The notes below the pieces were generated by a model. It saw nothing but the letters and a program-made list of their open reading frames with translations, was not told where the DNA came from and did not search any database. DNA of 64,000 nucleotides from Hypanus sabinus (taxonomy: Eukaryota). The translations under genes were made by a program, and so were the position numbers. The stretch covers positions 29,884,001 through 29,948,000 of the forward strand of contig NC_082728.1 of assembly GCF_030144855.1 (NCBI RefSeq), read 5' to 3'. This document shows, piece after piece, positions 51,380 to 63,636 of the stretch. The stretch's first letter is position 1. The number at the start of each line of letters is the position of its first letter.

Positions 51380-51600
51380 TATTACTGAGTTCCACTTCAG
51401 AAGCACAATCCAGGCTGATACTTCATGTTAGCTTTTTGAAGGTGCCTTTTTCTGCATGAAGAGTAAAATTAAGCCCTGATCTGCTCTCTCCAATATAGAT
51501 TCCACAGCTTTAACCAGAGCAGTGAAGGGAACATTCCAGGGTGTAGTGTCTAATAGTTATCTCTCATCCAACTATTTACTCTGTTTTAGCAATGTTATTT
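51380..51600 (+). mobile_element. Old DeuSINE-like remnant
   Basis: AATCCAGGCTGATACTTC and GGTGCCTTTT..CATGAAG..TAAA..AAGCCCTG.TCTGCTCTCTC resemble the recalled Deu domain. Confidence 0.45.
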
Positions 51601-52071
51601 CCCCAGTATTGCTTGTATGAAAGTCAGAAGTTGTGATTCACTTCAATACCATACACTTGAAATATAATATTTTTTGTTCGCACTTTGGGATACCATGTTT
51701 TTCGAAGGAGCTTTGTAATTGTGCTGATGGAAATATTTAAGAAGTTGGTTCACTGTTGCAACACAGGAAAAAAGTCAGCCAGCCGGTGCTCAGTAAGTTC
51801 TGACAAATGGCAATGTGATGATGATAAAATAATCGGTCTTCGTAATGTAGTGGTTACTTTAAAGCAAACCAAAACCACTGACAGACTGAGTGGGGCATTT
51901 GACAATGTATGACATGCTTCCAAATAACTAAATTCCACATCACAAAAATTACGTCCGATCCTTTATTTTGAAACCAGCAAAGCTGGAGGATCTTAAACAT
52001 CTAACAAAACTAAATTAGAAATATAACAAAATTAGTGGAATAAGATTAGTTAGTCAAATAAACTCTTCTCT

Positions 52072-52697
52072 TACAGGTATCGATTTTAATCGATGTTTCA
52101 ATGATGAACACTGCCATCTTCAGCAGGGATGATGGCTGGGCATGTATAGTCCGGTGGTTTTTATACTCCGTCATCAGCCCCTCCTTATTGGTTAGTCCTC
52201 ATCCAATCAGGTTTCCGTTCTCCCACCTCGTTTACAATCAAATTCCAGTTCTTACTTAGAGCAAGATTTTCGTCTTCCTTAAAATTCTTTTTCCTAGTTT
52301 GATTTCAATGACTTCCTTCACCAGGCAGTTCCAAAAGCCATTGGCACGGCACAGTAGTTTTGTGCTGTCAAAGTCAATCCTATGGCCATTGCAAATGCAG
52401 TGTTTCACTACCACTGAATTCTCTGGTAGCTCTAAGTAAATCGTTCTGAGTAACAACTGGAGTTCAATTGTAAACTAGGTGGGACAGTGGAAACCTGATT
52501 GCTTGAGGACTAACCAGTCAGAGGGACGGATGATGAGGGTATATATACTACCAGACTAGACATGCCCAGACATTATCTCTGTTGAAGATGGCTGAGTTTG
52601 TCATCGAAATGTCAATTAAAATCAATTCCTGTACTTGGCTGGAAGTCCGAGAAGAATTTAATCATCATATATGCTGAGAAAGCACTAGGTCCTTTTC
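52072..52697. mobile_element. Penelope-like element end with inverted terminal-repeat arrangement and GIY-YIG C-terminal fragment
   Basis: ORF 52256-52456 (ENSVVVKHC..NGHRIDFDSTKLLCRANGFWNCLVKEVIEIKL); 52072-52257 is inverted at 52445-52632. Confidence 0.78.
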
Positions 52698-52752
52698 AAC
52701 AGTAGTTAATGTTCAAATTAGCAATCAACAAAAAAAAAAATCCATTACCAAA

Positions 52753-52890
52753 AGACCATAAGACATAGGAGCAGAATTAGACCATTTGGCCCATCGAGTC
52801 TGCTCCGCCATTCAATCATGGCTGATCCTTTTTTGCCCCCCTCGACCCCATTTCCTGGCCTTCTCCCATAACCTTTGGCGCAGTGTCCCT
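52753..52890 (-). mobile_element. CR1 3' end fragment
   Basis: AGACCATAAGACATAGGAGCAGAATTAG.CCATT...ATCATGGCTGATC, related to the other CR1 tails. Confidence 0.75.
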
Positions 52891-53304
52891 GGCAGCCTCT
52901 AACAACTAACTGAACTAACTACGATAAAGCGTGAATACATAACTATACTCATTTGCTTCTACCATGTCCCAACCAACATGATAAACTACCGTAACCCATT
53001 ATAAAAGCACAACACAAAGTACAATGCAGACAGACAGAAAATAGATACATGCTTCTTCATCCTGGCCCATAATTATTACACTGTAAAGATTACAATACAT
53101 ATTATACAAATAGGAGACATGAAATCTTCAAGGATAAACATCTTAACATTAATGCAAATGTCCTCTCTCTTCTTTCTTCTAAAAGTCAAATCATGTAATA
53201 GTCATCTAGGCCAGAGGTTATTAGCACTTAGGCTAGAATAGAATGGTCTTTACCGGCACTCTCTGTCAAGTCAAAATCAAAAAGCTTTGAGAGCTGTAGC
53301 TCCT

Positions 53305-53478
53305 CAATCCTCTGACTCCTGGAGAAGACAGATCTTAGTTATCAGCCTGTCCTGACTGCGGGTCCTGGTCTTGATGCACATCTGCCGTACAAATCCTCTT
53401 CTATTTGGAAATACTTCAATGACTCATCCCATGACCCATGAGTTTTGAGATGCTGCATCATCAAATACAAGCATGATA
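53305..53478 (-). mobile_element. BEL/Pao LTR retrotransposon integrase C-terminal remnant
   Basis: Reads IMLVFDDAASQNSWVMG*VIEVFPNRRGFVRQMCIKT...ITKICLL, typical of the BEL pol C-terminus. Confidence 0.75.
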
Positions 53479-56030
53479 TGTGACGAGAGACCTTGACAAG
53501 GATTGCTTGGAACCAAATGCTGGAGTCTCCAAGGCTGGGATTGAGACATGGTCTCAAACGGGATCGAGTAACTGAGCACAAAACAAACGCTAAACAAAAT
53601 CACTGGTAGGCTTACAATTCAGCACTGAACCTATGTTCAGGTGATCCTTAAATACTCAATTCTTGGCGCCCAAGACATGATTATCAATTAGCAGGAATGT
53701 CCTAAGCCCTTGAAGAGGTGGTGCTAGCTATCCATACTCCGGAGAGTTAGAGCATTTAAATCTCAGAAGCTGGTGTGGTTGGGAGTGTAACAGGACCCAT
53801 TCCCCTATGGCCGACTCCTGACTTGCTTGGAGAGGTGGTGATGGTAATCATGGATGAGAGTTCGATCTGGGATGTCTCTTCCAAAACATCCAGCACCTTT
53901 CGTCTGGTCTGAATCCCTTCCAGTCCATGAGGTATTACCGTATACCTTGAACAGTATGCGAGCACACCGTCGATAAACCTGGGCGGCAGTGGCCCGATGG
54001 TGGTGGGGCTAAGGGGCTGGTGCAGACAGGTTTTAAAGATATGTAAAGTGGGGTTGATCTTTAGGATATTGAGGAGCAGCAACCTTCAAGTTTACTGTCC
54101 TCAGGATCTTAAACAGACCAATGAACTTGGGTGCCAACTTTCTAGATTCCACTTGGAGAGGAAAATCATGAGTTCCCAGGGTTTAACGCAGGTCCCAGAC
54201 TTCTCCTTCGGTTTGCCTTGGTCTCCGCTCTCTGGGTAGAAGCCAGCAAAATCTCGCTTGCCCTCAGCCATTCCTCCTTGCAGCACTGGACAAGATCTCC
54301 TGCCGCAGGGATCCCAACCTCAGCCTCTTGTTGCAGAAAGGGAGGTGGAGGATAAACAAACTGGCATTTGAAGAGTGACATCCCATGCACCGAGTCGTGA
54401 GAGATCTCTGCCCACATCAAATGGTCACAACTCTCATCGGGTCTCTCCAAGGCCGAACATCTCAGGGTATGTTCTAAATCTTGGTTGGTCTGCTCTGTCT
54501 GGCTGTTGGACTGCGGGTGAAACCCAAAGGAAAGGCTTGCTGTTGTCCCTATCAATTTACAGAAAGCCATCCAGAAATGTGATGAGAACTGTGGATCGTG
54601 ATCTGGCACAATGTCCCCTGGGAATCTGTGGACCATGAAGACCTGGTCCAGAACAATCTCAGCTGAACAATCAGTCGACAACCACCACATGGCTGACTTC
54701 CCCTTGAATGGTGGGAGACCCATGACAAAGTCCATGGAGATCTGTGCTCAAGGTCTTTTCAGAATAGGTAAGGGTTGGAAGAGCCCCTTGGGTCAGGTAT
54801 GGGGCTCCTTGCCTGCATGTACTGCTGAACTTCTCTCATCATTCCAGGCCTCCTTTTGATAAATTTGAGGGTCCTGGTAATTTCTGGGAGTGTGGTCATT
54901 CTTGACGAATGTCTCCATTGCAGTACCTGGGACTGGAAAGAACTAGGGATGAACAGCCAACCTGAAAGACCGTTTTCAGGAATCTCCCCTTGAACTAGGG
55001 TCTTGTGAACAAGAATATCGATTCCCCAACAAATTGGCACTACCACCCTGGCCTGGGGTAAAATGGTGGTAGGCTGTTCCTTTCATTCCAGTTCATCAAA
55101 CTGATGGGGTAGGGCATCAGGCTTCTGGTCCTTAGGTCCTCGTTGCTAGGTCAGGGTGAGATTAAGCAGGTTAAAACACTTGGCCTGCCTGGAGTTCAGC
55201 CTCTTGGCCTCCTGAGTATAGGCCAGGTCCTTATGATCAGTCCAAATAATAAAAGGATTCTTGGCCCCCTCCAGTCAGTGGCATCATTCTGCCAAAGCTA
55301 ACTGCTGCCCCTGAGTCCACAAAAGCCTTCACCTCCCTCAAATTCTTACCTAGGTGAGCTCTGCCTTCACCACAAAACCAGAATCCGTGGGAATGGGCAC
55401 AGTCCTCCCACAGTGGACAGTCTTAGCAGTTTCCCCAGGGGCCTGCAGGTGACCTGCTTCCCTGCAACCTTGACTCTGATGCTGGGGCCTCTCTTTGGCT
55501 GAGAGCGTAGTGCCACCGACCTGCGTGAGTTCTACTGGATCTTGAACAGGAGACGGGCTGGTCATGGCCCAAGGTTAGGGAATGGAACAGCGCTGTGTAG
55601 GGTCTGGGCTCGGACCGGGTCTTTTTGACCTCCTGAAGTGGTCCTACATTTGCTCTGCCGGGCAATTATTGAGGCGGATAGACTGGTCAAGTTCTCTGCT
55701 GGCGAGGCATCTCAAAGTCCATGGCAGTATAGCGTGGACAAGACCTCCCTGTTCCAACCACTCTCCATGGCCAAGGTCCGAAATTCAATTGCATAGTCGG
55801 TCGCTGACAATCCCCCATCAAATCTTCATCAAGCGGTCTGAAGCTCGGCTGGCTCCGGTGGGGTGATGAAACACCTTCTTCATTAGCGGCCACGAACTCC
55901 TACGAATCCGCGTAGAACTCTGACCTACGTTCCCAATGCGCCAGAGTGGGATTGACTGGTTCTCCCAAACAACTCCAGCTTCCTCCTTGCAAAAGTTGAG
56001 CAAAGGCTACCTGGAGGTTGTGAATCTCCA
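53479..56030 (-). mobile_element. Decayed chromodomain Gypsy (sushi-like) element with 3' LTR at 53479-53792
   Basis: Gag remnant YAIEFRTLA..SGWN; RNase H WTDHKDL; integrase MDFVMGLP...PQFSSHFW...FHPQSNSQTE; chromodomain YLMDWKGFRPDERCW; PPT AGGGGAATGG next to a TG...CA LTR. Confidence 0.85.
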
Positions 56031-56399
56031 GGCTGTCGGGACTTGGATAAATTAGGAGGATGGGCAAAGAGTGGCAGATGGAATAAAATGTCAGAGTTTT
56101 GGTAAGGACCTTGGCCTGAAACTTAGACTATTTATTGTTTTTTTAAAAGAGATTCTGCCCTACCTGCTGGTTTTCTCCTGCATTTTGTACGTGTTGCTCT
56201 GGATTTCCAGCATCTGCAGAATCCCTTGAGTCAATTATGTAATTCTGTTCCTATAGCTATAGTCTCCACATGAGGCAATTTCAATGGGCTAAATGAAAAG
56301 CGTACTCTTAAGAAGTTTTAAATATATATAATGGAAACAGACTTTCCTGTAGAATATTTGGCGATAATAATTCACTGTAATTCTGATCTCAAATCTTGA

Positions 56400-56491
56400 T
56401 CGGAACGAATGTTCAGAGAGCCGGTTTGTATTCAGTACTGATTTGTATGTCGGACCAAAAGCAGGAAGTGGAGCTCAACCGGAGTCGAGCA
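56400..56491 (+). promoter_or_regulatory. Putative STX8 promoter and 5' UTR
   Basis: Local CpG enrichment; ETS motif CAGGAAGT at 56462-56469 just upstream of the ATG. Confidence 0.6.
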
Positions 56492-56508
56492 ATGGCTGGA
56501 GATCTCTG
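56492..56508 (+). CDS. STX8: Syntaxin-8 coding exon 1 (17 nt)
   Basis: ATG GCT GGA GAT CTC TG then GTGAGC donor; joined to exon 2 it gives MAGDLW (recalled human MAPDPW). Confidence 0.88.
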
Positions 56509-57401
56509 GTGAGCAGTTGGAGGGGAAGGGGAGGCTACAGGGAGGATTAAGTGGGAGCAAGGAGGGAAGTGAGTGGTGTGCTGAATTCATTGCGGGCTGA
56601 GGTGCTGACGGACAGACAGTAAATGGAAGAGGATGGAATTGGAATCTCGGGCTGACACATCATGTCTGGGGGCTCCTCTGTGGGACAGTGCATATTCCTC
56701 AGGGGTAAAGGCAAAAAGTGCCTGGAGAAGTTAGCTGGCCGGGCCGCATCAATGGAGGGAGAAATGAAGTTATCGTTGCAGATCAGTGATCCTTCGCTAG
56801 AACTGTTTCGATAACTGGCATTCCCTCGACAAATGCGTCCAAAACTGCTGAGTGTTTACGTGCTGTAACGTTTAATTTCAGATTTCCAGCGTTTACGATT
56901 TTATCCTTTGTATTTTCAGTTAATTATAGTGACTTAGGATAGCACAATATGTGACACATCCTTTATAAGGGAACGCGATACTGTACAGTCTTTATAAGTG
57001 AGAGTTGGTGTGTTATACATCCTTGAAACAAGAGGTCTAAGTAAATGCTTAAAATGAAATTACATGTACAATTCAGTGGGAGACACATCCTTTGCAGGAG
57101 TGTTAACATGCGATACGCGACATGGCCATTCATTTAAAGTGAGTAGTGGAGTTCATGACAAATTCTTTGTACGGGTTAAAAGGTGTTTGCAATGTTTGAT
57201 GCGTACTGCAGGAAGTGTGCAATACATGACATAACCTTTTGGGGAATATTTCGTCAGCACAACACGTAACGCGTTGTGTAAAGGAGAGGAGAAGAATGTC
57301 CAGTATGTGATGTTCGTTCTGAGGGATGTATGCACAAGATATATTTATCCTTTGCTGGGGATTTTGGGTAACATGTTGCATTATCCATATATTTCCAATA
57401 A

Positions 57402-58703
57402 CGTTCAAAGTAAAGTTTATTGTCAGAATACATCCATGTCACCACATACAACCCTCAGATTGCTTAGCAAATCTATGGAGTGGTAGCTATAAACTGTAAA
57501 CATCAAGAACTGTAAACTAATTGTGCAAATGTAGATATAAATAAGTAGCAATACATAACAAGCATGAAATAACAATATAACCGTGTCCTTAAATGAGTGT
57601 AGCTAACTCCTTTCGTTTGAGAGTTTGATGGTTGAGGGGTAGTAACTGTTCTTCAGCCTAGTGGTGTGAGTCCTGAGGCACTTGCACCTTCTGCCTGATG
57701 GCAGCAGTGAGAAAAGAGCATGGCCTGTGTGGCGAGGATCGTTGATGGTGGATGCTGCTTTTTTACGGCAATGTGTCATGTAGGTGTGCTCAATGTTTGG
57801 GAGGGTTTTACCCGTGATGTACTGGGCCAAATCTGCTACCCTTGGTAGGAATTTCCGCACAAAGGTATTGTTGTTCCCATACCAGGCTGTAATGCAGCCA
57901 GTCAGCACATTTTCCACCACACATCTATAGAAGTTTACCTAAGTGTTTGATGACATGTCAAAACCTCTGCAGATACCTGAGGAAATAAAGGCACTGTTGT
58001 GCTTTCTTCACAATAATATTTATATGATGGGTCCAGTACAGGTCCTCTGAGGTAGTGCCACCCAGGAATTTAAACCTACTGACTCTCATCACCTCTGATC
58101 CTTCAATGATTACTGGCTCACGGACATCTGGTTTTCCTCTCCTGGAGTCTACAATCAGTTCGGAGTGAGTGAGAGGTTGTTGTTATTACACCACTCAGTC
58201 AAGTTCTCAGCCTCCCTCCTGTATGCTGATTCATCACCCCCTTTGATACGGCCCTCAACAGTGGTGTCATCACAAATTTGTATATGGTGTTGGAGCTGTA
58301 CTTAGCCACGGTCATAGATGTAAAGTGAGTGGAGCAGGGGGTTAAGTACATATCCCTGCAGTGCTCCTGTGCTGATGGAGATTGTGGAGGAGATGGTTTT
58401 GCCAGTTTGAATTGACTGAGGTATACAAGTGAAGAAATTCAGGATCCAATTGCACAAGGGGGTATGAAGCCCAGGTTTTAGAGTTTATTGATTATTTTTG
58501 AGGGGATAATTGGTGTTAAATGCTGAGTTGTAATTGATAAGGAACATCCTGATGAATACATCTTTGCTGTCCAGATATTCCAGGGTTGTGTGAAGAGCCA
58601 ACAAGATAGCACCTGCTGTCGACCTGTTGTTTTGGAAGGCGAATTGGAGCAGATCCAAGTTACCATTCAGACAGGAGCTGATATGCTTCAGCACCAGCCT
58701 CTG
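57402..58703 (-). mobile_element. Rex1/Babar-like LINE fragment in STX8 intron 1
   Basis: LQFAFQNNRST, INYNSAFNT, VENVLTGCITAWYG, LFSLLPSGRR...TTRLKNSYYP. Confidence 0.85.
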
Positions 58704-59439
58704 GTGTATAATTATGGAAGTATATGAATAAAAAAAAAGGTGCTGAAGGACCTCAGTGGGTCAAGCAGCATCTGTAGGAGAAAACATTGACAATTCCTTT
58801 TCTCCCACAGATGCAGCTCAATCCACTGTGGCGGTAGGATTGATGGTGGAACTTGATGATGATAATGCCTTTGATTATCCAGGGTAGATTAGTTTCACTC
58901 ATTAGGCTGGTGAGTGGGGAAAAGGATCAGCCATGATTGAATGGATGAGCAGCCTCAATGGGTCAAATGGCCTAATTCTGCTCCTGCATATTCTGGTCTC
59001 TTGTTGGAGCCAACCATTGCCTGCCACGTTGTGTGTGTAGTTTGTTTGCCACTTATCAGCCAGCCTGTTGTCTGGGTCTTGCTAGTTCAGGCATGGACTA
59101 CTTCATCAAATCACAGCATGTTCATTAGTGAACATCTCTATTTTTGACCTTTTCACGGAAGGAAGATCATTGAAGCCGGTTCCTTGAGGAACTTCTGCTC
59201 TATTGTCCCGGGGCTGGGATGATCGACTCACAACAAACAAGAACCAGCTTCCTTTATGTTATCATTACAGTGTTTTACTACGTGACCCTCACTGACTAAT
59301 TATACCAGCATTTCTTGGTGATAACTGCTGCCTCGAAGTCACTGTTGCCTAAGTTCTGTAATTCAGCTCTTGTGTCCAAGTCTTTAATGAGGTTGGAAGT
59401 CCAGCAGTTACTGATACGATAAATGACACGACTTATTGG

Positions 59440-59705
59440 CGCCATGCTCGTGTAGCGTTTAGTGCGACGCTTTTACAGCTCCGAGCGCTCCAGGTTTCAG
59501 AGTTCTGTATGTCCTCCCCATGGAATGCATGGGTTTTCCCCAGGTGCTCTGGCTTACTTCTGTAGTCCAAAGACATACCAGGTAGATTAATTGGACATTG
59601 CAAATTGTCCCATGATTAGGTTAGGGTTAATTGAGGTTGTGGGGTTGCTGGGACAGCGTGGCTCAAAGGATCGGGAGGGCCTACTCAGTGCCGTATTGCT
59701 AAATT
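59440..59705 (+). mobile_element. V-SINE-like SINE
   Basis: GGGTTTTCCCCAGGTGCTCTGG..T.CT..TAGTCCAAAGAC, V-domain-like core. Confidence 0.55.
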
Positions 59706-59927
59706 TTCAAAAATAGGCAATTATCTGTTCTGAATTTGCCCTGCTTTTTTGTAAACAGGACAAACCTGGGCGATTTGTCACATTGTTAGCGTTGCAATTT
59801 TATTGGAACTGTTGGACACAGCACATGGCTGGTTCCTGAATGCAAGCCTTCAACAGTGTAAATAAATGTAAAATGTAAATAAATCAGCATAAAATATATT
59901 AGATGTGGCTTTGGCAAATCATGATAT

Positions 59928-60213
59928 TGTAGTGGTGTGCTACACACAGCACTGGAATAACGACACGCAGACGGTGAGTTGCAGTTGCATAAAAGATTTA
60001 TTCAAACTTCGCGGCCTCGCTTTTAAGCCTTCCCGTTTCCGCCCACCCCGGGCGGGAATGTTGTATATTGAATGTGAATGTTGCATATTCACAGTCCCTT
60101 CCCGTGCGCAGGCTTTTCCCCTTGCTGGTGAAGAAGGCCTGGCGCCCTTTTTTGGGGCCGGGGCATGCCATTTTGTGAGCTGGTTCGAGTGTGCTGGAAA
60201 GTGGGCCACCACA
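59928..60213 (-). mobile_element. Solo LTR (286 bp) related to those in the hAT elements
   Basis: TGTAGTGGTGTGCTACAC...CCACCACA with 4-bp TSD ATAT; shares TTTATTC and TTTTAAGCCT motifs. Confidence 0.85.
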
Positions 60214-61619
60214 ATATGGTCCATTTTCTGAAAATGCAGCCAGCCACCCACCCCTTGTAATCCAAAGGCAACTTGTTTCTCTGTATTTTCAGATTTTTGC
60301 CTTTCTAAAGTATTTCTATTTGTGGCTTACTGTCAACTTTTGATAACACCAACATGAAATACAATGGAATCATAAGAGACTGCTGTAATCTGGAGCAAAA
60401 AAAACCTAATACTTGCAGGGTCATGCATCTGTTGAGGTGGAGGGATTTGGGATTGTAATGCAGAGTCGTGGCTTAAAAAATTGGCTATCCCATCCCTCCT
60501 CCTCCACTGATGCTAGCTGACCCGCTGAGTTCCTCCTGCAGATTACTTTATTTTTGCATATGATGTGTTATACTGTATCTGTTTATTAGTTGCTTTTGAT
60601 CAGCATATCAGAATTCCATGTTTTTCAAAGAGAACCACTGGGTAAGGACCGGAACAATTTTTTAAATAGATTCTAATTTGTAAAGCTTATTTAGGGCTAA
60701 TGGAAAAGGACACATTACCTTACATTATCACCTCCTTCCTTATAGAATTGGAACTTCAACATATAATTGAAGCAAATTAATTTATATTTATAAAAAGAAT
60801 ACCGATGAGGTCACATTCGTGGAAAAGGATCAGTTGGAGGGCAACTCTGTTTGGCTCAAACTAAAGATAATTTTTGTCCTAGTCTTCCCCCACTAATCGA
60901 TAATGGATTGTGCATATAGTACATATTAAAAATACAGACACAGTTTAATCTTCTTTTCTTCTATCCTTTTACATTAACTGCCCACCAAGGCTACACCAGT
61001 GTCACCTCTCTGGCCGGGGATCATTTACATTGGGAAAGGCAAATCCAGCAATGATGCGAGTGGAATGCTTAATTCCCCTACTCAGCCATGTACTGTCGTG
61101 ATTTGAAATTGATTACTTTTCCTTCAGGACTGTTGTCTCTATATTTTGTATTTTTGAAGCAAATTGTTGGAGAAAGATGTATATGTGGATTGCAGACTAA
61201 TAGTAGCCTTGCCAGCATCATTCATATCCCAAGTAGTTAGTACAATGTAAATACTTTCCTCAGTAGAAAATTCAAAAGGGCTAGACTTTGTTTTCACCTG
61301 ATTTAAATGCTCTTATTGATGAAATTGAATTGTAAGGCTTCTTTCTGTTGATTCACCATTTTTGTTGACTGCCTTCTTTCCTATTTTAATTTTGTTTCCC
61401 AATTAAACAAAATGACACTGTTAAATCAAGAATACAGGACATCAATATAATGGATTGTATGAAAAATGTCTAAGCAGCACCACATAAAACTAACTTAATT
61501 TAGAAAAGATAACCACTTCCAGGTTTTTTACTTTGTCAAGAATAAGGTGACACTTCTAACTCATTACTGCTATCAAAACTCATTAATCAGATTTTTGTCC
61601 TTTAATTGCACTTGTGCGT

Positions 61620-62165
61620 TCAAAGTTTAAAGTAAGTTTATTACCAAAGGGCATATATGTCACCATATACAGTTCTGAGATTCATTTTCTTCTGTACATA
61701 TTGAATAAATACATAACACAATAATAAACATCGTAGCTTCAATGGAAGACCACACCATTTTGGGCATTCAACCAGTATGCAAAAGAAAATTTTGCAAACA
61801 TAAATTGAAAGAAAGAATAAGGATAAATTAATAAATGATAAATATCAAGAACATGAAATGAGGAGTCCTTGAAAGTGAATCCATAGGTTGTGGGAACATT
61901 TTAAGGATGAAGCGAATGAAACTGAGTGACATTATTGGTTCAGTGGCCTGATAGTTGTGGGGTAATCACTATTCCTGAACCTGTGGTGTGAGTCCTGAGG
62001 TTCCTGTACCACCTTTCTGTTGGCAGTAGTGAGAGGATAGTGTGACCTGGGTGGTGGGAACCCTAATGATGGATGCTACTTTCCTGCAACAATGCAACAT
62101 GTAGATATGCTCAATGTGGGGGGGAGGGCTGTATCCACTACATTTTGTAGGATTTTGTGACATTT
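61620..62165 (-). mobile_element. Rex1/Babar-like LINE 3' fragment
   Basis: IEHIYMLHCCRKVASIIR plus shared 3' UTR. Confidence 0.7.
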
Positions 62166-62259
62166 CTTTCTTGATACTGCAAATAAGGAGAATGAAACAT
62201 CATAATATACAACACAGAATCTCAAAGTCTAATTTCTTGTCTGTAATTGAGAAACTTCA

Positions 62260-63130
62260 TGTACGAATGCTAGAGGAACTCAACAGGTCAGGCAGCATCT
62301 ATGGAAATGAATAAACAGTCGACATTTTGGGCTGAGACTCTTCATCAGGACAGGAAAGGAAGGGAGAAGATGCCAGAATAAGAAGGTGGAGGGAGGGGAA
62401 GAAGGACAAGGTGGAAGGAGATGGGTGAAGCCAGGTGGGTGGGCCCCAAGTCTTTCCAAGCGAGGCAATGCTTCACCTGCAAACCTGTTGGGTTTTTCCA
62501 CTGTATCTGGTGCCTTTGATGCATCTCCTCTACATTGGTGAGACCCGACATAGTGTAGATTGGGGCTCCGCTTTGATGAGCACCTCTGCTCCATCTGTAA
62601 ACATAGCGAATTTCCTGGTGGCCAACCATTTTAATTCCTGTTTTGTCATGTCAGTCCGTGGTCTCCTCTTCTGCCATGATGAGACCAATCTCAGGTTGGA
62701 AGAGCAACACTTTGTGTTCTGAATAGGTAGCCTCTAACCTGGTGGCATGTACATCTTCAACTTCCAGTAATTTTTCCCCTTCCCCTTCCCTCTTCAATTT
62801 CCCCACTCTTTCCTCTTGCCTCTTCTCCTAACCTATCACCTCCCACTGATACCTCTTCTGCTATGAGATTCCTTCTCCAGCCCTTGCCTTTCCCAGCTAT
62901 CACCTTCTCACTTCATCTACCCTCCTCCACCCACCTGGCTTCACCTATCACCTTCTAGATTGTCCTCCTTCCCCTCTCACCACCTCCTTATTCTGGCATC
63001 TTCCTCCTTCCTTTCCAGTCCTGATGAAGGGTCTCAGCCAGAAATGTTGACTGTTTATTAATTTCCATAGAGGCTGCCAAAACTGCTGAGTTCCTCCTGC
63101 ATTGTGTGTTTGTTGTTCTGGATCTCTTGT
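62260..63130 (+). mobile_element. Penelope-like element: inverted partial terminal repeat, GIY-YIG fragment, terminal repeat
   Basis: LLYIGETR...VANHFN...LRLEEQHFVF; 62260-62440 is inverted at 62930-63100; hammerhead-like motif in both arms. Confidence 0.82.
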
Positions 63131-63636
63131 GTTCATGATAAACTTCATGCATTCATTTCGCTGAGCAAGACATGAAAATGAAGCCTTTTCATTCCTGCTG
63201 TCAAATATGTAACATCTGTGAAATGCCTCAAAGCACTGAGCATATTTTAAAATAACTTTGCTGAGATTTTGTCAACAGAATTCGAATAAATAACCAGTTG
63301 TTTCGTGTGTAGATTGGCCAGAAATGTTGCTAAGCACAATGCATCCATGGATTGCTACTATCCCCCCGATCTACAGAATTATACATTCAAGGACTTGGAC
63401 TTCCATTAATATGTATTCTTAATGAATTCAAATCTGCAGTAGCCTATTAGTTCAGTGTTTGTACTTTGGAGAGGGACTTGTGACTACACTTTTTGATTGA
63501 GGCAAGAAGGTTAAAAACTATGCCATGAGAAAAGGTTAGAGTCTTGCTAAATGTATTTAAATAACCCATATCTAAGCATCTCTATTCAAATTCATGTTTG
63601 GAGGTTTCAATAGCCTTTCCCCCCCTCTTTCTGCAG

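Noticed and set aside
51620-51960. Non-repetitive-looking island with short ORFs on both strands
   Set aside because: No recognisable domain, no similarity to CFAP52 as I recall it, and stops in all frames examined.
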